The translations under genes were made by a program, and so were the position numbers. The notes under the pieces are model-generated. The model did no database searches, had not been told where the DNA came from, and saw nothing but the letters and a program-made list of their open reading frames with translations. From NCBI RefSeq assembly GCF_001194135.2, contig NC_068987.1, positions 4,915,564 through 4,979,563 on the forward strand: a stretch of 64,000 nt of DNA. The letters run 5' to 3'. How positions within the stretch are numbered: the stretch's first letter is position 1; each line of letters begins with the position of its first letter. Below, one piece after another: positions 38,338 to 49,378 of this stretch. The DNA is from Octopus bimaculoides (Eukaryota).

Positions 38338-39567
38338 TGAAATGAAAGATCTTGTTGGCTGATCATCATCATCATCATACAGATGAACTTTAAAACTAAA
38401 ACTTCACACACAGAGAAATGTGCCAACATGTGCTGGTGCCATGTGAAAAGCACCCAGTATACTCTTTAAAGTGGTTGGTGTTAGGAAGGGCATCCAGGTG
38501 TAGAAACGATGCAAAACAAGATAACTGGAGCCCGGTGCAGCCCTCTGGCTTGCCAGTTCCTGTCAAACCATCCAATCCATTCCAACATGGGGGATGGGCG
38601 TTAAATGATGATGATGATGTATATCAATATTGTATGTGATTAAGAAACTCACTTTGCAATCGTATGGTTTCAGGTTCAGTTCCATTGCATGGCACCTTAC
38701 ACAAGTGTCTCCTACTGTAGCTGCATGCCAACCAAAGCCTTGTGAGTAGATTTGGTAGACGGAAACTTTGTAGAAGCCCATTGTATGTACATGTACATGT
38801 ATGCACCTGTGCCTCTTTGTTTGTCCCCCATTGCTGCTTGGAAACGATTGTTGGTTTGTTTACATCCCTGTAACAACAATTTGGCAAAAGAGACTGATAG
38901 AATAAACCCCAGACCTACCTTTTAAAATAAAAATTTTAAAAGCACTCGGGCTTATTTGCATAGCCGAATCCTTTAAAGTGTTGCCCCAGCATGGCTGTGC
39001 AGTCCAGTGACCAAAACAGATAAAATATATATAATATACTCACACACATTCATGCATGTGTACATAAGCACACACACATGTATTTGCTTATATATGTGTG
39101 TATTTGTTTATTTCTATTTCCCTCTTACTAATGTACTTGTATACACCCTCATCCACTTTCTCTACATATTAATATACCTATATATATCATCATCGTCGTT
39201 TAACGTCCGCTTTCCATGCTAGCATGGGTTGGACGATTTGACTGAGGACTGGTGAAGCCAGATGGCTACACCAGGCTCCAATCTGATATATACACCCAGT
39301 GTCCTTCGACCTTAGGCTATGTTGTTAAAAGCTAAATTGATTAACTCTTATGAATTTCTCTCTAAATATCCTTCTAATAATTTTTTTTTTCCAAGACACT
39401 CAAAGGGTGAAGTCCCAACTAACATATCTGCCTGTCCCTCAGCCTTTAGGGAGTTCAATTCCATCCTAGAAATCTCAATTCCTGGCTTCTTAATCTAAAT
39501 ATATAACAGCTGAACCGTCTGCCGACCATTCTCGGTTTTACCTTCAACCTCCCTCTCTTTACTTCAG

Positions 39568-39752
39568 CTGGACAATCAACTGCGCCAACAGCACTACGTA
39601 GCTCTGGACCTGTTTCTGGAAAGTGCAAGACAACAGCTCAAGTTGTTGATGGACAATGGAAGCCGGACTGAAAATGCAGCCCACACCGGCCCCGTTTCCC
39701 GTGCTGGCTGCACTACTTCACCTTTCTCTTCCTCGTCACTCTCACTACCACC

Positions 39753-39783
<31 letters not shown>

Positions 39784-39927
39784 CAGTCATCAAGCACAAC
39801 AGGAGCAGCTGCTGCAACACCATTATCGACATCGTCCACTGTTGCTACTGCCACTTTAACAACAACAAGCTCCTCTTCTTCCTCCACCTCATCACAACAA
39901 ACCAAGTCTAATAATGACTGTAGTTAA
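39568..39927 (+). CDS. CCDC91: CCDC91 last coding exon (LDNQLRQQHYVALDLFLESARQQLKLLM + Ser/Thr tail, TAA)
   Basis: poly-Y ttcag acceptor; resembles human LDQVIRQRSLSSLELFLSCAQKQLSALI; stop at 39925-39927. Confidence 0.92.
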
Positions 39928-40891
39928 ACGGAAAACGCTGCAGACTTAGATTGAAGTGTTGCAGTCGTTGAGGATTGATGTAACACAGTAACCGAGATGT
40001 TGCACTAAAGACCAGTCAGCCGGCTGGAGTGTTGCTCTTCCGTTTTGTGAAGGTCATCTACAATACCTTGTAACGTACACGCCCGACATCAAGTCAGCAG
40101 GTGGCAATTACTTATTGGTGAACTGTGGCAATACGGTTGGTATTCTGTGACAAATAGGATTTTAAATTCGTATCGCATCAGGGATTTTTCATTTTGCTGT
40201 GGTGAAAAAAAAAAAAAAAAGAAAGGAAGGTTCTACATTCTGTTTGTTATGTTTTTTGTTATCCCACAATAACAATACCTTGGTTACTGCTGCTGTTGTT
40301 ATCGACTTACCGTTCCTATCTAAAGAAGAAATCTGGAATTTGTGGCTCCTTTTTTTTTTTTTTTTTTTTGTCAAATTCATTTAAGTATTTGAGTGAATTT
40401 GGTTTCCAACTCTTACTTTCAATGAAGAAAGGGAGAAAGAGAACGACTGCTTTCAGTAATGGTTCAAATGCTACAGAATTTACGAGATTGAAATTTGTTT
40501 GTTTGGGTTTTTTTTTATAACTGCTGAAAGGGAAACAGAAAAAACTTTTTAATCTAGAAACTGTTCAGCTGATCCTGCTTTTGTATAATATTTCAGTTGT
40601 TTAAAATTTGAACTCAGGATGGTGAGGGAAAGCAGTGAATCGCTCTTCTGAAGCTTCCAATTTGTTTGCAAATGTCGTCTCTTGTCTTTCCAGCTTTGCC
40701 CATTCTCTCTGTCTCACCCACACAGAAATACATTAACAAAGTATTAGCTATAACTAAAGACATTGTAGCAAGCTAGATAATGTTTCTCTTAAACCTCTTT
40801 CAATGAATATATATCTTCTGTGAAAGACAGATGCTAAAACCAAAAATGCCTTCCCAGATAACAACATCCACTGTTTCATTGAGAACAGTTT

Positions 40892-41118
40892 TTAACCCTT
40901 TAGCATCCAGATGACCCCATCAAATGTAAGGCTTATTTATCCTCATTGTTTTGAATTAATCATGCATTATCTTGTAATTTCAATATTTCAATAATTTGAC
41001 TGTATTTTTAGAATGACATTGTAGGGTAAATGTGAGAGACCAGATCTGACTGGTTTGAACATAAAACAGGTAGAATATTATGGGCTGAATATGATCAGAT
41101 TAAATACTAAAGGGTTAA
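40892..41118 (-). mobile_element. piggyBac-type MITE A, inverted copy
   Basis: TTAA-CCCTTTAGCAT...TACTAAAGGG-TTAA; interior is reverse complement of the 7122 copy. Confidence 0.8.
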
Positions 41119-41120
41119 AT

Positions 41121-41266
41121 CAGTCATGGGCAACTTACGGTCCACGAGACTTTCTGAATGGCATGCCTAATGAAAAATTACTTTGAATCTTTTAGTAGCG
41201 TGGCCCACCTAATGATGAACCATGTCTCGTGTGGTCCACTTTTCTAAAATGGTTGCCCATTGCCTG
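41121..41266. mobile_element. hAT-type MITE
   Basis: TIRs CAGTCATGGGCAAC / GTTGCCCATTGCCTG; related sequence on - strand at about 34520-34740 (shared aatggcatgcctaat). Confidence 0.7.
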
Positions 41267-41279
41267 ATTTAAGCAATAT

Positions 41280-41499
41280 TTAACCCTTTTGATATAAGCC
41301 TACTTAAGACCACCCCTGATTCTGTGATACAAGCTTCCTGTTTCAAAATAATCTAAAGTAAAACCTCCCTTCAAAATTTCATGTTCTCTTCCAAACACAA
41401 GATTAATAATGACTAAAATATTTTGACCAAATTCTTCACTGTCTTTAAAATCAACTGAAACAGCATATTTCTACAGAAATATGGCAACAAAAGGGTCGA
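41280..41499 (-). mobile_element. piggyBac-type MITE B, inverted copy
   Basis: TTAACCCTTTTGATA...GAAATATGGCAACAAAAGGG. Confidence 0.75.
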
Positions 41500-41814
41500 A
41501 GTGGGATTGCATACTTTGATATTTTCTCTTCACATTTAAAATATTTCACTGAAATCCTTGTCTCTGTTGCGTTTGATTCCTTTCCATGCACCACCACCCA
41601 GCAATTCTGTTACCATCGAGAAAAAGAAGACATTAGAATTGTTTGTTGCTTTTAAGGAATTATTTTCTTTATTTCTCATCAGTTTTTTCTTCATCTTATG
41701 CATCATGATCACCATGTCCCAGTTTTACACAAACACACGAGTTTCTGTGCATATGAGTGTATATATACATATACATACATGTGTGTGTGTGTACACACCA
41801 TAAGTATTCTGGTG

Positions 41815-42130
41815 TGAAGATAAGTGGCTTAGTGGTTATGGTATTTGGCTCACAATCATGAGTTCGATTCCCAGCAGCATGTTGCGTCCTTGAGCAAGAC
41901 ACTTTATTTCACGTTGCTTCAGTCCACTCAGCTGGCAAAAATGAGTCGGACCTGTAATTCAAAGGACTGACCTTGTCCCATTGTGTCATACTGAATCTCT
42001 CTGAGATCTCTGTTAAGGGTACGTGTGTCTGTGGAGTACTCAGCCACTTGCACGTTAATTTCATGAGTGGGCTGTTCCATTGATCTCCTCAATTGGAATC
42101 ATCATCATCATCACTGATGGAATGCCAGTT
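41815..42130 (+). mobile_element. SINE sharing the family-2 3' half, with a different head and CCTTGAGCAAGACACTT segment
   Basis: 3' 170 bp alignable to 44130-44300. Confidence 0.8.
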
Positions 42131-42439
42131 TTTTTTTTTTTTTTAAAGTCTTCTGATGCTTGCTAACTTAAGTGTCTCTGGTTGACTGGTAAGTTACTGG
42201 TGTCCTGTAATTGGAGTTGTTCTGATCTGACCATACCATTGAACAGGTCCTGTCCTACCTAGCAGTAAAGCAGACAGTGGGTGGGGAATACTTAGGGGGT
42301 GAATAAATACCAAACTTGATCAAATTTGAATGACAGCCAAGAATAAGCAAAGGTTATTTGATGTGTTACTTGGTAAAAGCATGACTGATTCAGTTGGTCA
42401 ACATCTGAGTTTCTCAGAAGACACTCGCAGCTGACCCTT

Positions 42440-42860
42440 GACCAAAGCAAGATTCTATTTCTTAAGTAGTTGGCTGGTTCAATATATCCATCTTGTCTGT
42501 CCACTATTCGTGGAAGTGGAGTCCTCGAGCTCCCTCTCCATAGGGTCCTATCAGAAGCAAGTGTCATTACACTTTCCAACTGGATTCCTAAGCACCACCA
42601 ATGGACATTATCCAACCATCTCATTTGGGGGTCTACTCTCGGATCTTCTGCCAGTTGACTTGCCTTGAACAATCTGTTTTGTGTGACCTCTCAAATGCAG
42701 AGAAGTTTGACCTGGAGAGAGACTCCCTGATATCCAAGCTACATAGCCTTCTGAATAATACTACTCCAGATATTTTTTGGAGAAACCCCCATTTCAGCTG
42801 CTTGTATCTGTGATCATCCTCTTTCAGCCATTACCCAGCATTCATGTCCATAAGTGAAGA
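42440..42860 (-). mobile_element. RTE-clade LINE 3' remnant
   Basis: PQMRWLDNVHWW...LASDRTLWR matches the RTE terminal motif GRP..RWLDN...LA.DR..WR. Confidence 0.75.
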
Positions 42861-43925
42861 CTAAAGATAAGTTTGGCTTTTATTACCAACCTCTCATCTT
42901 TTGAGGATTGAATGCCAGAGCTGGAGCAATTACCGTGACAGCAACTAAATGTAATCAAGAATTGTTGGCCTCACTTTGTTTAATCCTCTCTGACCTCACT
43001 AAAACTCATGTTAAATAATGACAACTCTGTAAAGTTAGTTGAAGCTTTCATGTGAAGGTGTGAAATTTTGTTTTTAAAGCAAGCAACATTTGAGGACGAG
43101 ATAGTCCGTGACGTTTGTGTGTGCTTTTGCATGTGTTTGCCATCCATGCTATCAAATTTATAAGTTATTATTACATTTTGTATTATTATTTTTATCGTTA
43201 CTAAGGCAGCAAGCTGGTAGAATCATTACTGCACTGGACAAAATGCTTGGTGGTATTTCTTTTGGCTCTTTATGTTCTGAGCTCAAATCCCACCAAGGTC
43301 GACTTTGCCTTTTATTCTTTCAGGGTCGATAAATTAAGTACCAGTTATGCACTGGGGTTGACGAAATCGACTTCCCCCCCCCTCCTCAAAATTGCTGACC
43401 TTGTGCTGAAATCAAAGAGGATTACTATTCTTAATAAGGTGTTGAGTGGTAAGAATAGTTCGCATGCCAGATGAAATGCTTTGCACCATTTTGTGTCTTT
43501 GTATCCAGAGTTCAAATACCGCTGAGGTCAACTTTGCCTTTCATCCTTTCGGGGGGGCCCATAAAATAAGTCCCAATCAATTTTTTAAGCAATTATTCTT
43601 ATTGCCCGCCCCCACCCCTCTGCCTTGTTTCAGGATCCTCCTAACATAACAATAAAAGAAATGTGATATAATTACAGTATTTTCTTTGTTATTCAATGAA
43701 CAAATCTTTTAGTTTGGGATGAGTCCATATGGTAAGAGAAAGAAATAACATTCCCTGGGGGTTTGTTTTTGGTCTTGTCCAGTATAGTGAGGCGGGGAAT
43801 ATTGTGAAAACTGCAGAATGGATCTTGTGGACGATAGTATTTGTAATTTTAGTAAGTTAAGTCCCTTTAGAGAGTTACCACCCCTTTCAAGTTTGCTGAA
43901 TCTTGGGAGGATCATTGTCAACAGT

Positions 43926-44306
43926 GGAGGCGCAATGGCCCAGTGGTTAGGGCAGCGGACTCGCAGTCATAGGATCGCGGTTTCGATTCCCAGACCGGGC
44001 GTTGTGAGTGTTTATTGAGCAAAAACACCTAAAGTTCCACGAGACTCCGGCAGGGGGTGGTGGCGAACCCTGCTGTACTCTTTCACCACAACTTTCTCTC
44101 GCTCTCTCTTCCTGTTTCTGCTGTGCCTGTAATTCAAAGGGTCAGCCTTGTTACACTGTATCACGCTGAATCTCCCCGAGAACTACGTTAAGGGTACACG
44201 TGTCTGTGGAGTGCTCAGCCACTTGCACGTTAATTTCACGAGCAGGCTGTTCCGTTGATCGGATCAACTGGAACCTTCGTCGTCATAAGCGACGGAATGC
44301 CAACAA
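43926..44306 (+). mobile_element. Full-length, CpG-intact tRNA-derived SINE (family 2)
   Basis: A box TGGCCCAGTGG, B box GGTTTCGATTCCC, body ending ...gcacgttaatttcacgagcaggctgttccgttgatcgg..., short CAA/CA tail. Confidence 0.85.
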
Positions 44307-45436
44307 CACACACATACAGATTCTGTTTCACTTTTTATTTTTTATTTGTCAATTGGTTAGCTATTTAGCCGGTTAACTAATCGTTTGTTACGCAGGTTTG
44401 TCCAAATCCTTTTGTTATCAAGCCAGTGCATGTGTTCATTATTGGCATAATGACCCTCTCAAAATAGATAATAAAGAAGTGAAACCAAACCAGTGTGTGC
44501 TTGGCATAATGACCCTCCCAAAATGTTTCAACATACGAGTTCACATCAAAAATCTTGCAAACCAAATACAAAAACGAAGCATCCCTTTAAAGTTTCTTCA
44601 AATATATGCTCTCAAATAACAAACTTGTAAAGGAAATGCCATGGAAATACATGTCGTCATCATCATTGTTTAACATCTGGGACAGTACCACAAGAGCCAG
44701 CCAGGCAAAAGCCTGTGCCAGACTTCTGTGACTGTTTTGGCAAGATCTTTACAACTGGATGTCTCCCTCTGTGAAGGAACAAAATAGAAAGAGAAGGAGT
44801 TGTTTTCAAACAAATGAGAACATTAACTGGTCGTTCTGATGTATTGGTGCTTGATGGTATTGTTACGGCTGTGTGGTTAAGAGGTTTGCATTAGGGTTCA
44901 ATCCAACTAGGAAACAAATTTCAAACAATGATAAAAACTCATTTTGAAATTGGAGAACTTTTATTCCTTTAGAATACGATAGGCACACACAGTTTTTTAT
45001 AGAATTTATTATCAACACTAAACATTGATAATAATAAACTCTTGTAGAGATAACAGTATACCACTCACATTCATACATACAAACACAGGGACATCTACAC
45101 ATTCTTCCCTTTCACATAACACATCCATTCCTCGCTCTCTCCATTCCAAGCAAATGTCAATCTACACTCATTCGCAAAGAACAAAAAGATCTCTCCTCCT
45201 CGTCCTATAACCACAGGCTGTTACATTCTGTGTTTGGTGTTAGAAAGTTTTTTTTTAACTCCCAAGTTGAAAGTGAACAACAAAATGTAAATATTTGTAG
45301 CAACGGTGCGAGTTCAAATCAGCTTCTTTTTGTACACCAAAAGGAAACAAATTGTGGAATCAACAATGAAGTAACTGCAACACAAAACACAGATCAATGA
45401 TGAGAATTTGTGGGATAATGATAAAGAAAGTAATTA

Positions 45437-45615
45437 TTTGCCAACATAGTGTGGCAATCCTGAGTAGGACGAATGTTACTGTTATTTAGCCACAGGAAAC
45501 ATTGTCTCCAGCTGGATGCAGATAGTGTGTCGATAGCCAGCTGGAGACAATGTTTCTTGGAGCTAAATAACAGAAACATTCATCCTAACCAGGACTGCCA
45601 CATTATGTTGGCAAA
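45437..45615. repeat. Long inverted repeat (79 bp arms, 21 nt loop) downstream of the FNBP4 stop
   Basis: about 9 mismatches between arms by hand alignment; visible as mirror ORFs 45394(-) and 45473(+). Confidence 0.9.
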
Positions 45616-45700
45616 GTTTCTCGTTCAGAGATTTAGAAATAATAATTTTTCTATTGATAAAGAAACTGGAAATGAGACATACCAGTCAACAGAGATGGCA

Positions 45701-45832
45701 TCAGTCATCATCTGAAAACTCGTGCCGAGCCAATTCATCTTCTTTCTCAACTTCTTTCTTCACTTTTTGCCATTTTTGTACCAAGGACGACACATTTTTC
45801 TTTTTAAGCGTTAAATTTGTACTTGTAATAAC
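45701..45832 (-). CDS. FNBP4: FNBP4 last coding exon (VITSTNLTLKKKNVSSLVQKWQKVKKEVEKEDE...DDD*)
   Basis: ctcttgcag acceptor; SSLVQKWQKVKKE matches FNBP4 PSLVKKWQSIQRE motif (from memory); TGA at 45703-45701. Confidence 0.88.
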   Translation of the reverse strand, partial: VITSTNLTLKKKNVSSLVQKWQKVKKEVEKEDELARHEFSDDD

Positions 45833-46087
45833 CTGCAAGAGCAGAAGATATGTAATAAATGCATTACAGTGGGAGCATTGCGTGGATAATAATAAGTAGG
45901 CAACACTGTGGAGGTAAAGAGGCTGAGAGAAGGAAGCAGTGGAATAAGAAAGGACAGAGACATTGGTAAAGGTAAGTAAATAAATAGCAGTGAAAAGAGG
46001 TAATCCAGAATAATAACACAAGAAGTTAGGTGTTAGTAAAACCAGTGGAAAAAGGAAGTTATATTAGGGAGCTGGGAGTATTTAAAC

Positions 46088-46410
46088 AGGCACTCCGTCA
46101 GTCACGATGATGAGGGTTCCAGGTAATTTGATCAATAGAACAGCCTGCTTGTGAAATTAACGTGCAAGTGGTTGAGTAATCCACAGATAGGAATAACCTT
46201 CATGTAGTTCTCGGGGAGATTCGGTGTGACACAGAATGTGACATGGCTGGCCATTTGAAATAGAGGCACAACTCATTTTTGCCAGCTGAGTACACTGGAG
46301 CAATGTGAAATAAAGTATCTTGCTCAAGGACATAATGTGCTGCCAGGAATTGAACTCATGACCTTACAATCATGAGCAGATTACCTGAACCACTAACCCA
46401 CACACCGTCA
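46088..46410 (-). mobile_element. Inverted copy of the 41815 SINE in the last coding intron of FNBP4
   Basis: reverse-complement match to the 41815 and 43926 copies. Confidence 0.8.
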
Positions 46411-46499
46411 TGTTGAGAGTGTTACTGATAATTAACGAACTGAGTATTAGTCAGGAATGCTAAGAAAAATACAATGTAAATACATTGCTGAAAAAGTGC

Positions 46500-46680
46500 T
46501 TTACAGTGGAATCCGGATGGATATAGAAAGAGGTAGGCCTAAGAACTCGTGGTGTAGATCAACACAAAAAGAACTAGAGAAAGGGGGACATTCATGGCAG
46601 AGTATAAGTACAGAAGAGAAAAATTATGCGACATGGAATTCAATTATAAGTGGCCTATACTCCGCGTTGGAGGGTTAAAA
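46500..46680 (+). mobile_element. RTE-like LINE 3' remnant
   Basis: RGRPKNSWCRS...ELEKGGHSW...W..II.GLYS. Confidence 0.65.
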
Positions 46681-47172
46681 AGGCAAGAAGTATATATATA
46701 TAAATACATTGCTGAAAAGCAAATTTACTGCAATGTTCGTTTGGAGATACCTCTTATGGACATGCTATGTTTAAAAATACTATATACACAAGCATGCAAA
46801 TAAAAATCATCTCAGCAGTGACTAGTGAGAACACCAGATGCATTTCTGCCTCATTAGGTGTTGTCAATAGTGTGAACTCACAGCCAGGTACATGCTTAGA
46901 CAAACAGATATTGAATTAAGTGAAATGGTTTAAACTAAAAATTTAATTAGTGTTGCTGCACCTCAATTACAAATAATTCATATTTCTAGTCCCTACCAAG
47001 AACGAGGAAAGTTTCAATGTTTGCAGGAAATAGGCTGTTGTAACATTCATAAACAGTACAAGTAAAATAACAAAAGTACAACGAAGAAACTAAAACTAAA
47101 TTTGTGACTTTACAGAAATGTAAACTAACACTTGAATGCTATTTCTTAACAACAAAGTAAAAAATGGTTTAC

Positions 47173-47897
47173 CTTATCTTTTTTGCGTTTTTTCTCTTTT
47201 GGCTGTGGTTTGACAGTGTCAACAGCATCATTTGTTTCGTGAGAAACGGGGCTGTTTGATGCATTGGCAGAGTCCACAGATGAGACTTTAGCTGAAGACT
47301 TTGACAAGGAAAAGCATTCCATTGAAGAATTTGCAGCAGGATTGGTTTTGCTAGAATAGACTGTAGAAGCATCAGAGTTTGACGTGGGAAGGGTCCCACC
47401 AACAGGGTCTGAGGGGACAGTTGGACGAGTCTTATATTGGGGGGGTTTCGATATTACAGCCGAGTTGTTTTCGCAATTTGCTGCATCCACAAGTGGGAAG
47501 AGGTGGTGTCCATTGCTGTTTGAGTTAGAAGAGAGGGCAGCACTTTTGCTGCTGCTGCTGTGCATTGGCAGAGGATGGACAGACGAAGGAAGATGTTCAT
47601 CCGGATCGAGTTCCATGTCATCGTTGACGTCCAAAGTTGAAGTGCGCTCAGAAGACTCCAGACTTGCTAACTCGGATGATGCTGTGGAGCTCGCCAAAGA
47701 TGTTCCTGTCGGAGCCAACACAGCAGCAAGTTTCATCACTTCTTCTAAGTCTTCTTCTCCAGATTTAGACAGTTTCACTTCCTCCAAATGCTGAAGAGAG
47801 TGTTGTTTGCTCACTTCAGTACCAGGAGGCGGTGGCTCTCCTGGGTAGACACACAATTCAGAATCAAAGTCTTTGGAACTGCTCAGGTGTAAATGTT
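47173..47897 (-). CDS. FNBP4: FNBP4 large Ser-rich exon ending KEKKRKKDK
   Basis: poly-Y tttag acceptor, AAG|GTAAAC donor, phase 1/0, 236 aa ORF in the track. Confidence 0.85.
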
Positions 47898-48605
47898 CTA
47901 AAAGAAAAGAAAAAAAGAGAAAATTATATAATTATTAAGATATCTACATTTTTTCTTTGTTTTGAGCACTCGGACTCATAAAGATGGTCATCTGGGTTCC
48001 ATGGCGAATAAGTGACAAAGATTACAACCCATTCCCGCTGAATGAGACACTGGCCCATTGCAGGGTTCGAGGCCAGTAGGAGACAAGTCAGTTACATCAA
48101 CCTCAGTACCTGACTGGTATTTTATTGACCCCAAAGGGATTAACGGTAAAGTCATTTTGGTGGAATTTGAACTCAGAACATTGAAGAACTGGAAGAAATA
48201 CTGCTAAGCAGTTTGTCTAACAATGCTAACCATTCTGCTAGTTTGCTGCCAAGACCTCTATGAGTGAATGGAGGAAATTAGGTGATGAGAAAAGGAGTAA
48301 AAATGACCACCACACTGAAGGAGTGACAACAAGAGACAGCCTATTATTATGACTTCTCTACTTCCCCGACATACAAGTCGACGTATGTAGTGTAAACATC
48401 CAAACATCATCATCACTATTGTTCCAAATTCTGCTGCATTTCACATGGAAATTTTGGTTCTCAAACATTGTCTTGATGTTCAAGTTACTTTTTGTGGATA
48501 AATTAACATTTCTATCCAATTAAAGAGTACATTTCAAACCAAGAACTGCAGAATTCCAATAATTGCAAAAATACCCAAAGTAGTGATTCTACGATTGTTA
48601 CTTAC

Positions 48606-48666
48606 CTAAGTGGGATTTGTCCAATGTGTTTCCAGTTTTGGAACTTTTTGAGGCAATTTTGTCCAA
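48606..48666 (-). CDS. FNBP4: FNBP4 exon (LDKIASKSSKTGNTLDKSHL)
   Basis: tttttcag acceptor, TAG|GTAAGT donor, phase 0/1 fits both neighbours. Confidence 0.82.
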
Positions 48667-48700
48667 CTGAAAAACAAAAAGATATTTGTATGACACGTGA

Positions 48701-48735
<35 letters not shown>

Positions 48736-48975
48736 CATGCACATGTGTATGTGTGCTGTCTCCTTGTTTTGGCATTGCATGAGAATTGTAAAAGAGTGTC
48801 TGTATCATTCATTTCCAGTATTCCAGGCAGTGACCTATATAATAACACACACACACACACACACATGCATACTTATACACACTTGCACACACACACACAC
48901 ACACACGCATATGCATGCATACTTATACACACACGCATATGTACACACACACACACACACGAAACACCAACTCAC

Positions 48976-49378
48976 CTTTCGATTCTTCTTCTCCTTTTTG
49001 AAATTGTCAGAACATTTAGTCATTTCTCCAGATTCCTGGCCATAGTTTATTTTCTCTTCTGATGACGTTGACCTAACTGGAGAAGCTGTCTTGGTAGATT
49101 CATGTACAGGGGAGGTCACTGTTGTTGTCGTTGTTGCTGCTGATGATGATGATGATGTTGATGATGACATGGACGACGATGATGATGACGGCACTGATGG
49201 TGATGGAGTTGGTGGTGGCGTTGGTGGAGGTGGTGGTGGTGTACTTGACAGGGCTAACGTCAACGACTGCTGCATGGATTCCGACATTCCGTTCAACTCT
49301 TCTTTGGTTGGCTGCTCCGGATAGTCCCATTGCGAATGGCCCGTGGTGTTGTTGCAATAGAAGTAGCGTTTGTATGTT
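48976..49378 (-). CDS. FNBP4: FNBP4 exon containing most of the second WW domain (R-TYKRYFYCNNTTGHSQWDYPE) and a Pro/Ser tract
   Basis: catccag acceptor, AAG|GTGAGT donor, phase 2/0; matches human FNBP4 WW2 (RDHRRYFYVNEQSGESQWEFPD, from memory). Confidence 0.88.

Noticed and set aside
44863-44900. NPNANL as the missing FNBP4 NANF tail
   Set aside because: Lies in a SINE head; no surrounding similarity or splice support.
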